A stretch of DNA of 63,821 nt, counting the filler. It is 21 parts of 21 records of this genome, joined end to end, with 100 filler letters (N's around TTAATTAATTAA, not from the genome) between each part and the next. Parts side by side here need not be neighbours in the genome. Positions count along the whole stretch, not along the records: positions 10,624 to 14,477 come from SRR11831585_915; positions 14,578 to 16,718 come from SRR11831585_917; positions 16,819 to 19,226 come from SRR11831585_919; positions 19,327 to 21,933 come from SRR11831585_928; positions 22,034 to 24,435 come from SRR11831585_931; 16 more parts are not named here. The stretch is one strand, 5' to 3'. The notes under the pieces were generated by a model. That model saw only the letters and a list, made by a program, of their open reading frames with translations. It was not told where the DNA came from and did no database searches. Within the stretch, counting starts at the first letter, position 1; the number at the start of each line of letters is the position of its first letter. Made by a program: the position numbers and the translations under genes. Below are positions 11,314-22,071 of this stretch, piece by piece.

Positions 11314-12198
11314 GTGAGGATGGCCTGCCCAGTGAATTTCATGCAGCTTTTGCAGGGCCCGCCCGCAGAAGTGACCAAGTCCCAATTTTTCCGTGTTCAT
11401 GTGCAGTTGGGTGGATGCACCTGTCGCCAGCGCGACGTCTCCATGGTTTTGCTTTACGACGGAGACTTCAGCAATGTTCCACCTGCTGTTGGTCACGAAG
11501 TCGTGCAAGGCAAGACCGTCTCTCAGACGACCACAGAGTTCATTCTGGACGTGCGGATCAACGAGCTTTCGCACGCGCATCGCAACCAGCGCTTTGTTCT
11601 CCGTCTCACTCACGGCGGTTGCTTCGTGGATACCGCCGCCGTGAAAGTGATGTCCAAGTCCAGCATCGTGCATGCGCATCTCCGAGGCAAGTCGCAGCAG
11701 CAGCCCAGCCCTGTTGCGACCACTGCCTCTGCTAAAGAGAAGCGCAAGCACCCTCGCGACGACGACGACAGCCACACTCCCACCACCGATTCCTCCACAC
11801 GCCGTGTCCTGGACGCATGCAAGCGAGTGCACACCGACGTGGCGGACCTGCGGGCGCAGTGTGTTGCGAGCCACGCCCAAGCAGTGCGCCTGGCCGACAC
11901 GGTCACCGCGGAGACAGCCCATCTGCGTGCGGAGCTAGCGGCGGTTTCCCAGGCCATCTCTGCGCTGACTGCGATGGTGGAGGGGGTGCTGGGCCAGACC
12001 TCCCACTCGCCCTCTCACACACATCATCATCACGCCCTGGCCCTGCAGCAGACCCCCTTGCTGCCCATCTCGGGGGCGCTGCTGCTGTCGGGGACGGTGC
12101 CTCTGCCTGCACCATCGCTGTCGCCGCATGAGCCGTTGCGTGTGCCCGCGGAGGATAGTAGCGAGTTCCCTGCATGGCCGCTGAGTCATATCTCGTGA
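11314..12198 (+). CDS. CudA-like transcription factor, single exon
   Basis: 294-aa ORF. LLYD...TEFILDVRINELSHAHRNQRFVL...VKVMSK parallels the CudA core as I recall it (LLYD...TEVCVDVKVGILSSQHQGSMF...IRIVSK). Followed by a basic NLS-like KEKRKHPR and a coiled coil. Confidence 0.7.
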   Translation: MRMACPVNFMQLLQGPPAEVTKSQFFRVHVQLGGCTCRQRDVSMVLLYDGDFSNVPPAVGHEVVQGKTVSQTTTEFILDVRINELSHAHRNQRFVLRLTHGGCFVDTAAVKVMSKSSIVHAHLRGKSQQQPSPVATTASAKEKRKHPRDDDDSHTPTTDSSTRRVLDACKRVHTDVADLRAQCVASHAQAVRLADTVTAETAHLRAELAAVSQAISALTAMVEGVLGQTSHSPSHTHHHHALALQQTPLLPISGALLLSGTVPLPAPSLSPHEPLRVPAEDSSEFPAWPLSHIS

Positions 12199-12663
12199 GA
12201 GGTGTGGTTGTTATATACCAGAAGCGTGCTTGTGAGCGGTGTGTGAGTGGGTGGGGTAACGTAAGAGCGGGGGGTGCGGTGAAAGAACTTGTGAGAGCGA
12301 GCGGTGGGTCGGATGGTAGTTATAATAGGGGGGAATTGTGAGGGTGCTAGAGCGATGAAGAAGAAGATAAGCCAATTTTGATCGTGAGTGGGCTGTGGGC
12401 CTCTTTTGCTATAATATAACGTAGACCGTATATAAAGATGTCGTGAAAGGACGAGGGGTGCAGACACACACACTGAATCTACTGCTTGGCACTTTACATA
12501 AGAAACACAGATTAACAGACATCACATTCAGAACTCAACGCCTCCATCAAACTACCACCCACACGCACAAGCGACACATACACGGACCTACGCACACAGA
12601 CGTACAACATTAAGATATACACACACATACACACACACAATATATATTCTAAACCGTCACTAA

Positions 12664-13890
12664 CTACGAGCTGCTCGTGGGAGACTCTGACTGCGTGTTG
12701 TCACTGGGGGCCGCACCACTCCCCCCCTGCGCCGTATGCGAGCAGGGCGGTGCAGGTGCAGCTGCTGGTGTGAGCACATACGCGTCAGGATTCTTGACAA
12801 TCTCCTCCAGGGTGGCGTGAATGAAGCTGTACTGCTCGCGAGTCTGCACCATGGCCCGACGCTGACTTCGTAGCTCATCCACAATGGTGTATACGTCCGC
12901 TGCAGGCCCCACCCAGGGTCAGGACCCGCCAAACACGAGGCACAACACCGACACACACACACATACACAGACAGCGAGCAACGTACGAGTGACTCCCCGT
13001 CCTACTTGCTGTGCTGCAATGTGTGTGGCAATGAAGGTTCCTGTGCGCCCTATGCCCGCACTGCAGTGCACAACTAGCGGCCCGAACTTGCCCTCCGTGT
13101 CTTCCTCCTTCGCAGCTCGCAGCATCCTAAACGCACAAACATAACTCGAAGTAAGAAAACAAAAACGCGACACATAGCGTCGACCAACGACAGCGCTGGG
13201 GTAACTGCATGTGTGTTTGCAGGTAGGCAACGTACATGTTGGTCTTCTGAAGCACGTGCAAAACACCACCGGGCGTTGTAGGCACGCCCTGGTCGGGCCA
13301 CGCTAAATACTGAATGTGCGAAATCGACCTAAAACCAACGCAGCAGACGCTAGTGAGCAAAGAGCACACCGCTAGTAGGGACATGAAACGCACCGAGAGC
13401 TGTCCGTGGCAGAATTCTGCAACGTCAAGTATCTTACACATATTTCATCGTCCTTATCTTCACCCACCAGCGTCACAGAGTACGGCGCAAACACACATTG
13501 CTCACCGATCGAGTCCGGCCAATATTGATCCGCTTTGGCCATGCCACGTTCCACGTCGCGTGTAAGCATGACGATAACGTGAACGCCTTCTTGCCAGATC
13601 ATGTGCCAGAAATCTCGCATGGTGTCCGGCAGTGGCGCCTGAGCGCCTATATACATTCGTTCCACTCCAGGTCCATGGATGAAATTTGCGTTGATATAGT
13701 CGTGATCGATCTCACGCAGTACGACTCGTGTGTCATCAGCAGCAAGAACGTCATTATACCGATTCCTGGGCACATTACTACTGTGAGATGCAGCTGAATG
13801 GAGGGCAGGCTCCTGCTTCAGCTTGCTCATCCATGATTGCTGAAGTTTCTTAAACTCTTCAAGACGAGGCGATACTCGATCACTCGCCAT
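12664..13890 (-). CDS. Classical non-receptor protein tyrosine phosphatase, 4 exons
   Basis: RNRY, DYINAN, QAPL..T..DFW.MIW, QYW, WPD loop, VHCSAGIGRTG and MVQT..QY all present; three in-phase GT-AG introns. Confidence 0.95.
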
Positions 13891-14161
13891 GTACAGTATG
13901 GTGACAGCAAATAGCGATCGGCACAATAATCATGAAACTGCTTGTGCGTGCTACCCATGGACTTTTTCGCGAGAGATCCCAGGCATGTTTTCGGGAAATC
14001 CGCCGCTACTAATATGTAAGTAAAGATGATTTCACATGCAGGGAATGAGCACAAACAAACTCAACACACCATTCACATTTACTAGTATCAACTTATTTAG
14101 CCCAGCCTGCTCGCACTACAGAGGGCGCCAACGCGCACGCTTCGCGTGTATTGCACGTTCG

Positions 14162-14384
14162 TTAGGCTGGTTTGATGAAAGTAAAGTGCGGTGCTGGTAA
14201 AAAGTACGTGTGTCGATCGGGGGAAGACGGATGCGCAACGCTCACACGGAACCGGTTCAGGTTGTACACTCCGGGCGCACTGACGATCGCGGTGAGTGTG
14301 TGGGTTGTGGTGTGTTGTGGCTCCAGCACGACGGCGTGTGTGCGAGATGCACCCGCCCAGTAGTACTGACACAGAGTGGCATCA
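14162..14384 (-). CDS. TRAPPC8: Last exon of TRAPPC8/Trs85-like TRAPP III subunit (not in ORF track)
   Basis: After branch site TGACTAAC and CAG: YYWAGASRTHAVVLEPQHTTTHTLTAIVSAPGVYNLNRFRV...KPA*, matching the TRAPPC8 C-terminal W-x-G...PGVYNL pattern. Confidence 0.65.
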
Positions 14385-14669
14385 CTGCAACGGTGTTAGT
14401 CAGTACGTATTGAGAGGACAGGACATGACATGCGGTAGATCACGCACACACAACGCACGCACACACACGCACACACANNNNNNNNNNNNNNNNNNNNNNN
14501 NNNNNNNNNNNNNNNNNNNNNTTAATTAATTAANNNNNNNNNNNNNNNNNNNNNNNNNNNNNNNNNNNNNNNNNNNNAAGAATGCTTGCCCCCGTTCCAC
14601 CCCACACGCGCCTGTGTACACCCGCAACGCCAGACAACTCGAAACTACCACTCACTCATTGCATCTCGC

Positions 14670-15377
14670 TCACTGTGCAGCGGGAGCGCTCTTCGCCGAC
14701 GACGGTGGAATATTCACAGCAGCACGATCAAGCGTGTGCCTGTGGGAATCCGGCACGTACTGGCGGAAATGGGGGTTCTTCTTGATGACATCAGCCGCCG
14801 CAGCTTGAATTGCATCCTCCGCCAAGATACTGAAATAAAGACCCCGAATAAGGCCACCAATAATACCATCACAACGAACATAAAAAAATGAAAATGCTTA
14901 CATGATGACCTACAGAGCTAACCACAGACACGACGTACCTGCAGTGAAGTTTCACGGGAGGAAGTGAAAGATACTGCGCAATAGAACTATTCTGGATCTT
15001 ATATACATCAGAGATGTGCTTTCCCTTGATCCACTCCGTAACCACCGACGAACTGGCAATAGCAGAGCCGCAGCCGAATGTGCGGAAAACAGCATCAACG
15101 ATTTTTCCCTCCTTGTCTAAGCACCCGCGGTGAGGAACGTGCGGAGATTCCCAACTAACCACATACCCAGTTCGATCTGAAGCTTCATCACATCTCCACA
15201 GGATGGTGCACCAACTACACCAGTGCCCACGTTCGGGTCTGCCCTGTTCTTCGAACCCACATTCCGCGGATGTTCATAGTGATCGATGACACGCTCGTGA
15301 TACCGAGCACGAGGGATCGCGACCCTTGAAAGAGATGAAGCAGTCCGCGATACTGAAAGTAGAGCTGAGCGAAACAT
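14670..15377 (-). CDS. ISCU: Mitochondrial Fe-S cluster scaffold ISCU, 3 exons
   Basis: Presequence [12 protein letters not shown]..., [61 protein letters not shown]. Confidence 0.97.
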
Positions 15378-15672
15378 CTGCGGATGGTGTTCAAGAAAAA
15401 TGAGAACGCACGCAACGCGGACTGTGAGTCCCGTCTCTGCGTGCTCAACCACAATGTATTGTGGGGTCTGATAATCTGACAGGTGTGTTTTGGAAAATTT
15501 AGTGCAGTATTGTGGTTCCCGCTCAGCAGTGTCGGTTCGCCATTGCCGCATGCGACGGCTATCGTTTCCATCGTGCTGGCATATGTATTGATCGGTCTTT
15601 AATGCACAGAGTCTTGAGAATCACCAAAGGAAGTTGATTTTGTTCTTTGTTGAGATCATCTAAATTTTCGAG

Positions 15673-16718
15673 ATGAGGCTAGTGTTGGTTTTAATACTGC
15701 TCGTTTGTACTGTGTCATGGGGTATGGCTCAACCTGGTACGTTCTAGGTCGAATATTGCATGTGGCTCACAGGAGCCGGTAGAATCTGATGACGTTGAAA
15801 AATTTATCAAGTGGGCCCGTTTTAACGGCGCCCGTATCAGCAAAATTGCCATTAAAGATATTCCCGGTGCCGGTCGGGGGGTGGTAGCCACTAAAGACAT
15901 CCAAGTGCGCATCCTTCCCTATATGCTGTTATTCGCTGATTTACGTCTCCGTGCAGATTGGTGAAATATTCATGTCTACTCCAGAAGACATCCTCGTGCA
16001 CCCGGGCTCCCGCCACGCGGATGCCGATTTGGTTGATGCGTTCCATCAGATTGGACTCTCTCCCACGAACGAGATGGCGTTCATGCTACTCCACGCGGCT
16101 GCTCATGAGGGATCCTTCTGGGAGCCCTATATTCGTACGTAACTGCTGGGTGCTCTGTCCCTTTGCGGTTTGCTGTACTGTCCTAACTTCAAACCACCGT
16201 GTATTGGTTTTTTTAATCGCCCTCGTTTGTTTCTGATGCGTTCGTGTGTGTGTATTGTGTGCGTATGCTGCATAGGCATTCTCCCGCGCTCTCTCTCCAC
16301 CCCCAACTACTGGTCCGACCCGGAACTACACGCACTGCAAAACACATCCGTCCTTTCGTTCGCCCTGCACCGCCGTCGCGCTGTTCGTTCCCAGTTCTCC
16401 TATCTGGCCCGCACCTTCGACACGCAGTTTCCGTCGCTGTTCCCGCGGGGTTTTCTCACGGTGGAGCGCTTTGAATGGGCCCTCAGCGTTGTGTGGTCCC
16501 GCTCGTTTCGTGTGTTGTATCGGGGGGAGGCGATCGGAGCATTGGTGCCTGTGGCGGATATGTTTAATATGGGGGCCCCTGTCAAGGTACGCGCACGCGT
16601 GTGTGTGTGTGCTTGTTTCGCTTGGCTTTGTGAGAAGGGGAGTTGGAGGGTGTGCTGCAGGTGGGCATGGGTGGGAGTGTGGTTGATTTTGTTGTTGCGG
16701 GGTTTTAGGAGGTTTTTT
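15673..16718 (+). CDS. SETD3/Rubisco-LSMT-class SET methyltransferase with signal peptide, 3' truncated
   Basis: MRLVLVLILLVCTVSWGMAQP|ESDDVEKFIKW...GAGRGVVATKDIQ|IGE...SFWEPYI..LP...W...EL..L...FEWALSVVWSRSF...ALVPVADMFN. Confidence 0.85.
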
Positions 16719-16818
16719 NNNNNNNNNNNNNNNNNNNNNNNNNNNNNNNNNNNNNNNNNNNNTTAATTAATTAANNNNNNNNNNNNNNNNNNNNNNNNNN
16801 NNNNNNNNNNNNNNNNNN

Positions 16819-17495
16819 ACAACCCTAAACCGACATGCGCTGACCCGCGCCGTTGGGTGCAGATTGTGCAGTACATGGCGTACAACCCGAGCAGCGACTC
16901 TGTGTTCGCCGTCGTGGACTCGCGCATGGGGACCGCCGTGATCGAGATTGACGTGTCCACGGTACGTGTTGTTTACGCGATGTTGGACAGAACGATCTGT
17001 TTTTCGCCCGCGTGTTAGCTGAACGCGGCTGTGTGACATGGTTCGTGCGCGGATGTGTAAAACAAAAACACGGCTACTGTGCGACACGCACTCACGCTCT
17101 GTGTGTAGGGCGCGTGGTCCCAGTTCATTGACGCTGAGGCGATGCAGCAGTGGACCTGCCTGGACACGGATCCCGTGCGTGCGGGCCTCTCCACCATCGA
17201 CACCGCCAACCAGATCTTGTGCGCTCCCTAATGCAGAGACCTATCGTTTCTGTCTTCGTTGCTATTGTGTGGTTTGTTTGCGTCGTGCACGTTTGTTTTA
17301 CACCATGTCTCGCTTCACTACCGCATCTCACGCTCTCCCGCACTCACGCGCTGTTGTAGCTACGTGAACATGAAAGAGTCCGGCACCGGGGGTCAGACCA
17401 TCCTCGCAGGAATTGATCTGCGCAAGAAATACGTCAACGCGGATCAGACCCTCATGCAGGACGTCACCAACTACGTCTTCGTGCCCACCGCGTAA
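16819..17495 (+). CDS. 3' exons of a hypothetical beta-rich protein
   Basis: Exons IVQYMAYNPSSDSVFAVVD...EIDVST|GAWSQFIDAE...|YVNMKESG...YVFVPTA* with canonical splice sites. Confidence 0.55.
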
Positions 17496-17918
17496 ACCAG
17501 CAGAGGGGGCTTTCTGTTCGTTTTTCTACGCGCGGGTGGGTTGATGAGGAGACGTACAGGGATCTTCTTAGATATGTGTTCGAGTTTGTTTCGGGAGGGT
17601 CTGGTGTGATAGCTTGGGGACGTAGTGAGTGAGTGCTGTTCGTTGGCTCTAGTGTACTGTGGGGGTGCGTTTGCGTGTATGTGTAGGGTGTATCAGTGAA
17701 TCTCCGGGTCAGTAAATGTTTCTCTGGCTATGCGGTATCGCTCATTCTTCACCTAATGAGCTCGCTAAGGGGCGAAATCCGTGTGGACTCCGAGTCTCGA
17801 CTCCGACAGTGTGTCTAGACACATGGTCCGCCAGATAAGCTAAGCGAGGCTTTTCAATGCTCGCTTGCTGCTACCAGGTCATTTCACATTGAGAAGCAGA
17901 GCGAGTGAGTTGAGAAAC

Positions 17919-18808
17919 ATGAAGGTTGCCATTCTTGGATCCGGCGTTGTTGCATTGTACGTGGGCACCTATGTACTTGTACTGTAATTCTTCATGCTCT
18001 GAATTCAGCACTGAAATGCCTTCAGCTCACTGTGGTATTTTTTTAGGGCATTGGCGAAGGGATTTGTGAGTCGCCATCATGAGGTGAAGATCGGGTCGCG
18101 AGAGCCAAGCAAGCCGGAGGTTCAGAAGATTCTGGCCGATGCGCCGGGCGCAACAGCTGCCGTATTGGCGGAGACAGCGGCATGGGGAGAGATCATTGTG
18201 CTTGCAGGGAAGTGGAGTGGTGCGGAGAACCTCGTTCGCCTGTCTGATCCGGCCAATTTCAAGGGAAAGATCGTGATGGACGCGATGAATCCGTTGGCGG
18301 AGCCCGGCATTGGGCCTCACGGTGTCAACTTCACCACCAATTCCACGCTGAGCGGCGGAGAGCAGGTGCAAGCTTGGCTGCCCGAAGCGCATGTGGTGAA
18401 GGCGTTCAACACGATTGGCAACGCCGTGATGGTGGATCCTCAGTTTGTTGACGGCAAGCCCGATCATTTCATTGCGGGAAACGACGCCGGAGCCAAGGCC
18501 AAGGTGACCGAGATCGTGCAGTCATTCGGGTGGGAGGTGATTGATGCGGGCGATATTGTGTGCTCGCGCTGGCTGGAGGCTCTCTGCGCCCTCTGGGTAC
18601 GTCACCCGTGTTTTGGTCTGCATGCGTAGTGCGTTCTGCTATTATGTACACCACGTTACGAGCACGTAGTTTATCTGTTGCGATATTTACCTCTGTGTGT
18701 CGTGGTGGTGTGTAGGTGAACTACGGGCTGAAGAACGGCACCTGGTACCACGCGTGGAAGCTTGTACGTCAGCCGGCTCCGTCTGCCCCGGACGCTTCTC
18801 GCCATTAA
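17919..18808 (+). CDS. NADP-dependent oxidoreductase, COG2085 / F420_oxidored family, at least 2 introns
   Basis: MKVAILGSGVVAL|ALAKG..HEVKIGSR, GKIVMDAMNP, SGGEQVQAWLPEAHVVKAFNT, FIAGNDAGAK, IDAG, LEALCALW|VNYG...W.HAWKL. The 3' end could include one more intron. Confidence 0.9.
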
Positions 18809-19326
18809 TGACATAATGTGCCAATTCACAGAAACTGATGGAGTTAATAGACTCACGAATGATGTGTTTGTTTGTTTGCTTGTGGTTGACATTCCCCGGT
18901 AACTGTACGGAGTGAATGAGAAATGTGAGCTGGTTTTGTTGTTGTAGTTGTGTAGAAGGAGGCGTGGACGTAGCAGAGGGTCTGTGGTGGAGGTCTTGAC
19001 TGCTATGCTAGCTAGGCAGTGAGCCCCTGCTGGTTGTTATCTGTGTGTTTTGAGTAGGGGTGCGGGTGCGTCAGAGTAAAATGACAGAACATAGGGACGA
19101 CGCTACTGCGCAACACGAGTTGTATCACTGATCGCATACAGGACGCACCACTTGCGAAGATAATATCTGAACTACACATCACGAGGACTGCGCCACAGGT
19201 TGCAAGAAATTGTTCTGCACAAAGAANNNNNNNNNNNNNNNNNNNNNNNNNNNNNNNNNNNNNNNNNNNNTTAATTAATTAANNNNNNNNNNNNNNNNNN
19301 NNNNNNNNNNNNNNNNNNNNNNNNNN

Positions 19327-20557
19327 TGTGGCGGGTGTCATGAACCTCCCCCCACATACCATACTGCCTGCGGACGGCGACTTTTACCGCATCACGCATG
19401 GTGCTCTGGTGGCCCTGGCTGTGCGCAGTCCTCGTGTGGCGGCTCTGGCGATCGCTGGTGCGTGCTGTTCATTGTGTAGTTGTGTTGTGTATGGTGTGGA
19501 TGAATGGCAGGGGCACGCGGGGAGGCGGTGCCGGTCTCTGCAACGTTGATAGGCTGGTTTGTGCTGGGTCTGCGGTTGCACCACGTGGGGTCCTTCCTTC
19601 AGCTCACGCTGTGTGTTGCAGGCACCATCGGCAACAAGTACGGTGTGGCGGACCAGGTGCGCGCCATGGACGCCCTGTGTGACGCCGCGAAGGAGCTCTC
19701 TTCGCCGCCAGCGGTATGTTGTTCCCGGGAATGCGCCGCTGCGCAGCATGTGGAGGTCCCATGTGTCCAAATCAGCGTTCTTCCTATGTTCTCGCCTGTG
19801 TGTTGCGTGCGCTCACCCACTCGTTTTTTGAGCAGGCACCGGCCTCCGTGCACAGCACCGCGTCCTCCCTGCCCTCGCGAACACGCCGTCTCACCCACGC
19901 TCCTGTGCGCAGCGCCTCCGCCAGCAACCGCTTTCTTGCCGTGTGTGAGGCGTTCTTCTTCTTCCCCGTGCTGCCTGCGCTCAAGCACGTAGAGCCGATG
20001 GTCGTTGCGCACGGCATTGACTCCTTGGGCGTGTTCGTCGAATGCGCAGGTACGGGGCTTGCCTGTCTTCTATTGCTTTCGTTCTGCTATGTGGCGTGTG
20101 CGCATGCAAGCTGCGTAGGTTGAGTGTTTGATTACGCGTAACGTAATGTGTAGGTGACTCTGCACAAGGGCGACGGCTCGCGTCTGAGCTATTACTGGTG
20201 CTCACGGCGTACAAGACGCACCCACTCGCACACATCCGACGGTCAGTGCTGCGGGCGGCATGTGCTTGTTTCTCCGCGATGACTGTTTCATTTCTGTTGG
20301 AGGAGTGTGCGGAGGAGATCGACAGTCTCCGCACATGGATGCAAGGTGTGTGCACGCGCTCACCCATGTTGTGCTTGTTCTTTGTGTTTCGTTGTACACT
20401 GTGCTCAACTATCTATTGCGTGGTTTGTGCAGAGACGCACAGCAAGGACAGTGATGAGCTGTGTCGGGATCTGGCTGCTGCTGCACTCTCTGTGTTGGCA
20501 CACAAGGCTCAGGAGGAGCTTTCATCAGACCCGCTTTACAACGCTGGCGACGACTGA
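19327..20557 (+). CDS. TELO2: Telomere length regulation protein TEL2, C-terminal part
   Basis: ALVALAVRSP, MDALCDAAKELS, RTRR, NRF.....FFFP, HP.AHIRRSVL, WMQ|ETHSKDSDELCRDLA occur in the TELO2 order. Confidence 0.8.
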
Positions 20558-21043
20558 GAGCACTTCCACAAACTTGCGTATATGTGGCTGACGTAATCGT
20601 GTAGATGATACATCACGTCTGCCATCTGCGTGCACTCGTAAGTTCGCAGTGGCGCGATATTGCGTAGGTTCACGCCAAGTACTGTCAGCTCACAGAATAT
20701 CACACACCGAATGGACGAGCGCACATGCATTCCCACAACTCACACATACACACGCACACTCCAAGCATGACTCCCTGCGCATGTACATATGTATCCGTAT
20801 ACGCCCTCATACCAAGACCGCACAACACCCACCAACCTACACACATGCACTACAGTTTCACGCAAAAGCGATGTTCCTATCAATCTACAGCGTGGATCTG
20901 GCACCAGCATTCTCGTACAATTATTGCTAACGCAAACGAAAGGATCCGTAGTTAAGAAGCCCAGCGAACACGGTGGCAATGTGAAACCGCATCGAAAGTA
21001 CAACACAGCAACTTACAAAGCAACAAATTTAATTATCTATATC

Positions 21044-21264
21044 CTACTTCTTCGCTGCTTGCTGACTCGCCATATCAGAGAACCACCTACATTCACCATC
21101 AACACATGTTCAATCCAGTACACAGCATCGTACTTTGCCGACCACTCGATTAGATCCTTCGGCTGGGCTCGGATAACAGCTTTGGTGTACTCCTTCAGAA
21201 CATCTCCAAGCGCCTCCGGGATGGGGATTTGCTCTGCTGAAAATATCCTTTCCATGTCCGACAT
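21044..21264 (-). CDS. 57-aa RIIa (D/D) domain protein, ropporin-1-like / RSP11-like, 2 exons
   Basis: IFSAEQIPIPEALGDVLKEYTKAVIRAQPKDLIEWSAK|WFSDMASQQAAKK*; intron 21087-21133 (47 nt). Confidence 0.85.
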
Positions 21265-21512
21265 CTTGGTAAGATCTGGTGCTCAAGGGCCACACTTTGC
21301 AACTAATGAGGCACAACCCGCTTCTTTGGTGCGCATAACCGTCGCGCGGTCAAAATGGTGACCGCGGATTCGCACACGTTCATCGCACGCAGTACAGGAG
21401 ACTCATTTTCTCGTCTGAAGCGTTGTCGGAGTCTCATGTAGTTCTCTTCACACTCTTGAAAGATATAGATCGATATTTCTGCCGAAATTATGGAACACGG
21501 CTGCTAATTACG

Positions 21513-21933
21513 ATGAATTCTCCCATTCGTTCCATAAGTTCGAGTAAGTCTACTGGCAGCCCTTTTAGCAAGCGATTTGAAGATCTGAAATCTGCACTGA
21601 AAGTGAGCGTTTCTACCACTCTTGGAGTTCCGGCCGACCTGACACCTCTGTATGGGCACTGCACGTGGTTTGGTGAATAGTTTCTCAACGCGATGTATAC
21701 TGTAGACAGGAGCTCTCGGTGAAGCACATCAATGTGGTCATTGTAGGAGTGGAAAATGCGTACGTAACATAGCACTGCTTGGCTATTCTACGAAGAATCT
21801 GACGGTGGTTGTGCTTGGGGCGTGTCTGTTGTGCGTTTGTGTGCGTATGCGCAGAGGGAAGTCGAGTGTGATGAACGCCATTGCGTCCACCATCGGGGGC
21901 AGTCTGTGGTCCGTGGACACCTTGGACAGAGTA
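21513..21933 (+). CDS. P-loop NTPase, possibly IFI44-like GTPase, 5' part
   Basis: Splicing gives HINVVIVGVENA|GKSSVMNAIAST, a Walker A motif split by an intron. First-exon boundary uncertain. Confidence 0.6.
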
Positions 21934-22071
21934 NNNNNNNNNNNNNNNNNNNNNNNNNNNNNNNNNNNNNNNNNNNNTTAATTAATTAANNNNNNNNNNN
22001 NNNNNNNNNNNNNNNNNNNNNNNNNNNNNNNNNTGTGTGTGTGTGTGTGTGTCTGTGTGTTGTCGCCTCAG

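Noticed and set aside
17753..17790. Hammerhead-like CTAATGA-GCTC..GGGC-GAAA
   Set aside because: Core has A in place of the essential G of CUGAUGA, and no valid NUH cleavage site with stems I and III.
21243..21251. ATATCCTT resembling a U12 5' splice site
   Set aside because: Lies antisense within the RIIa coding exon; no matching U12 intron.
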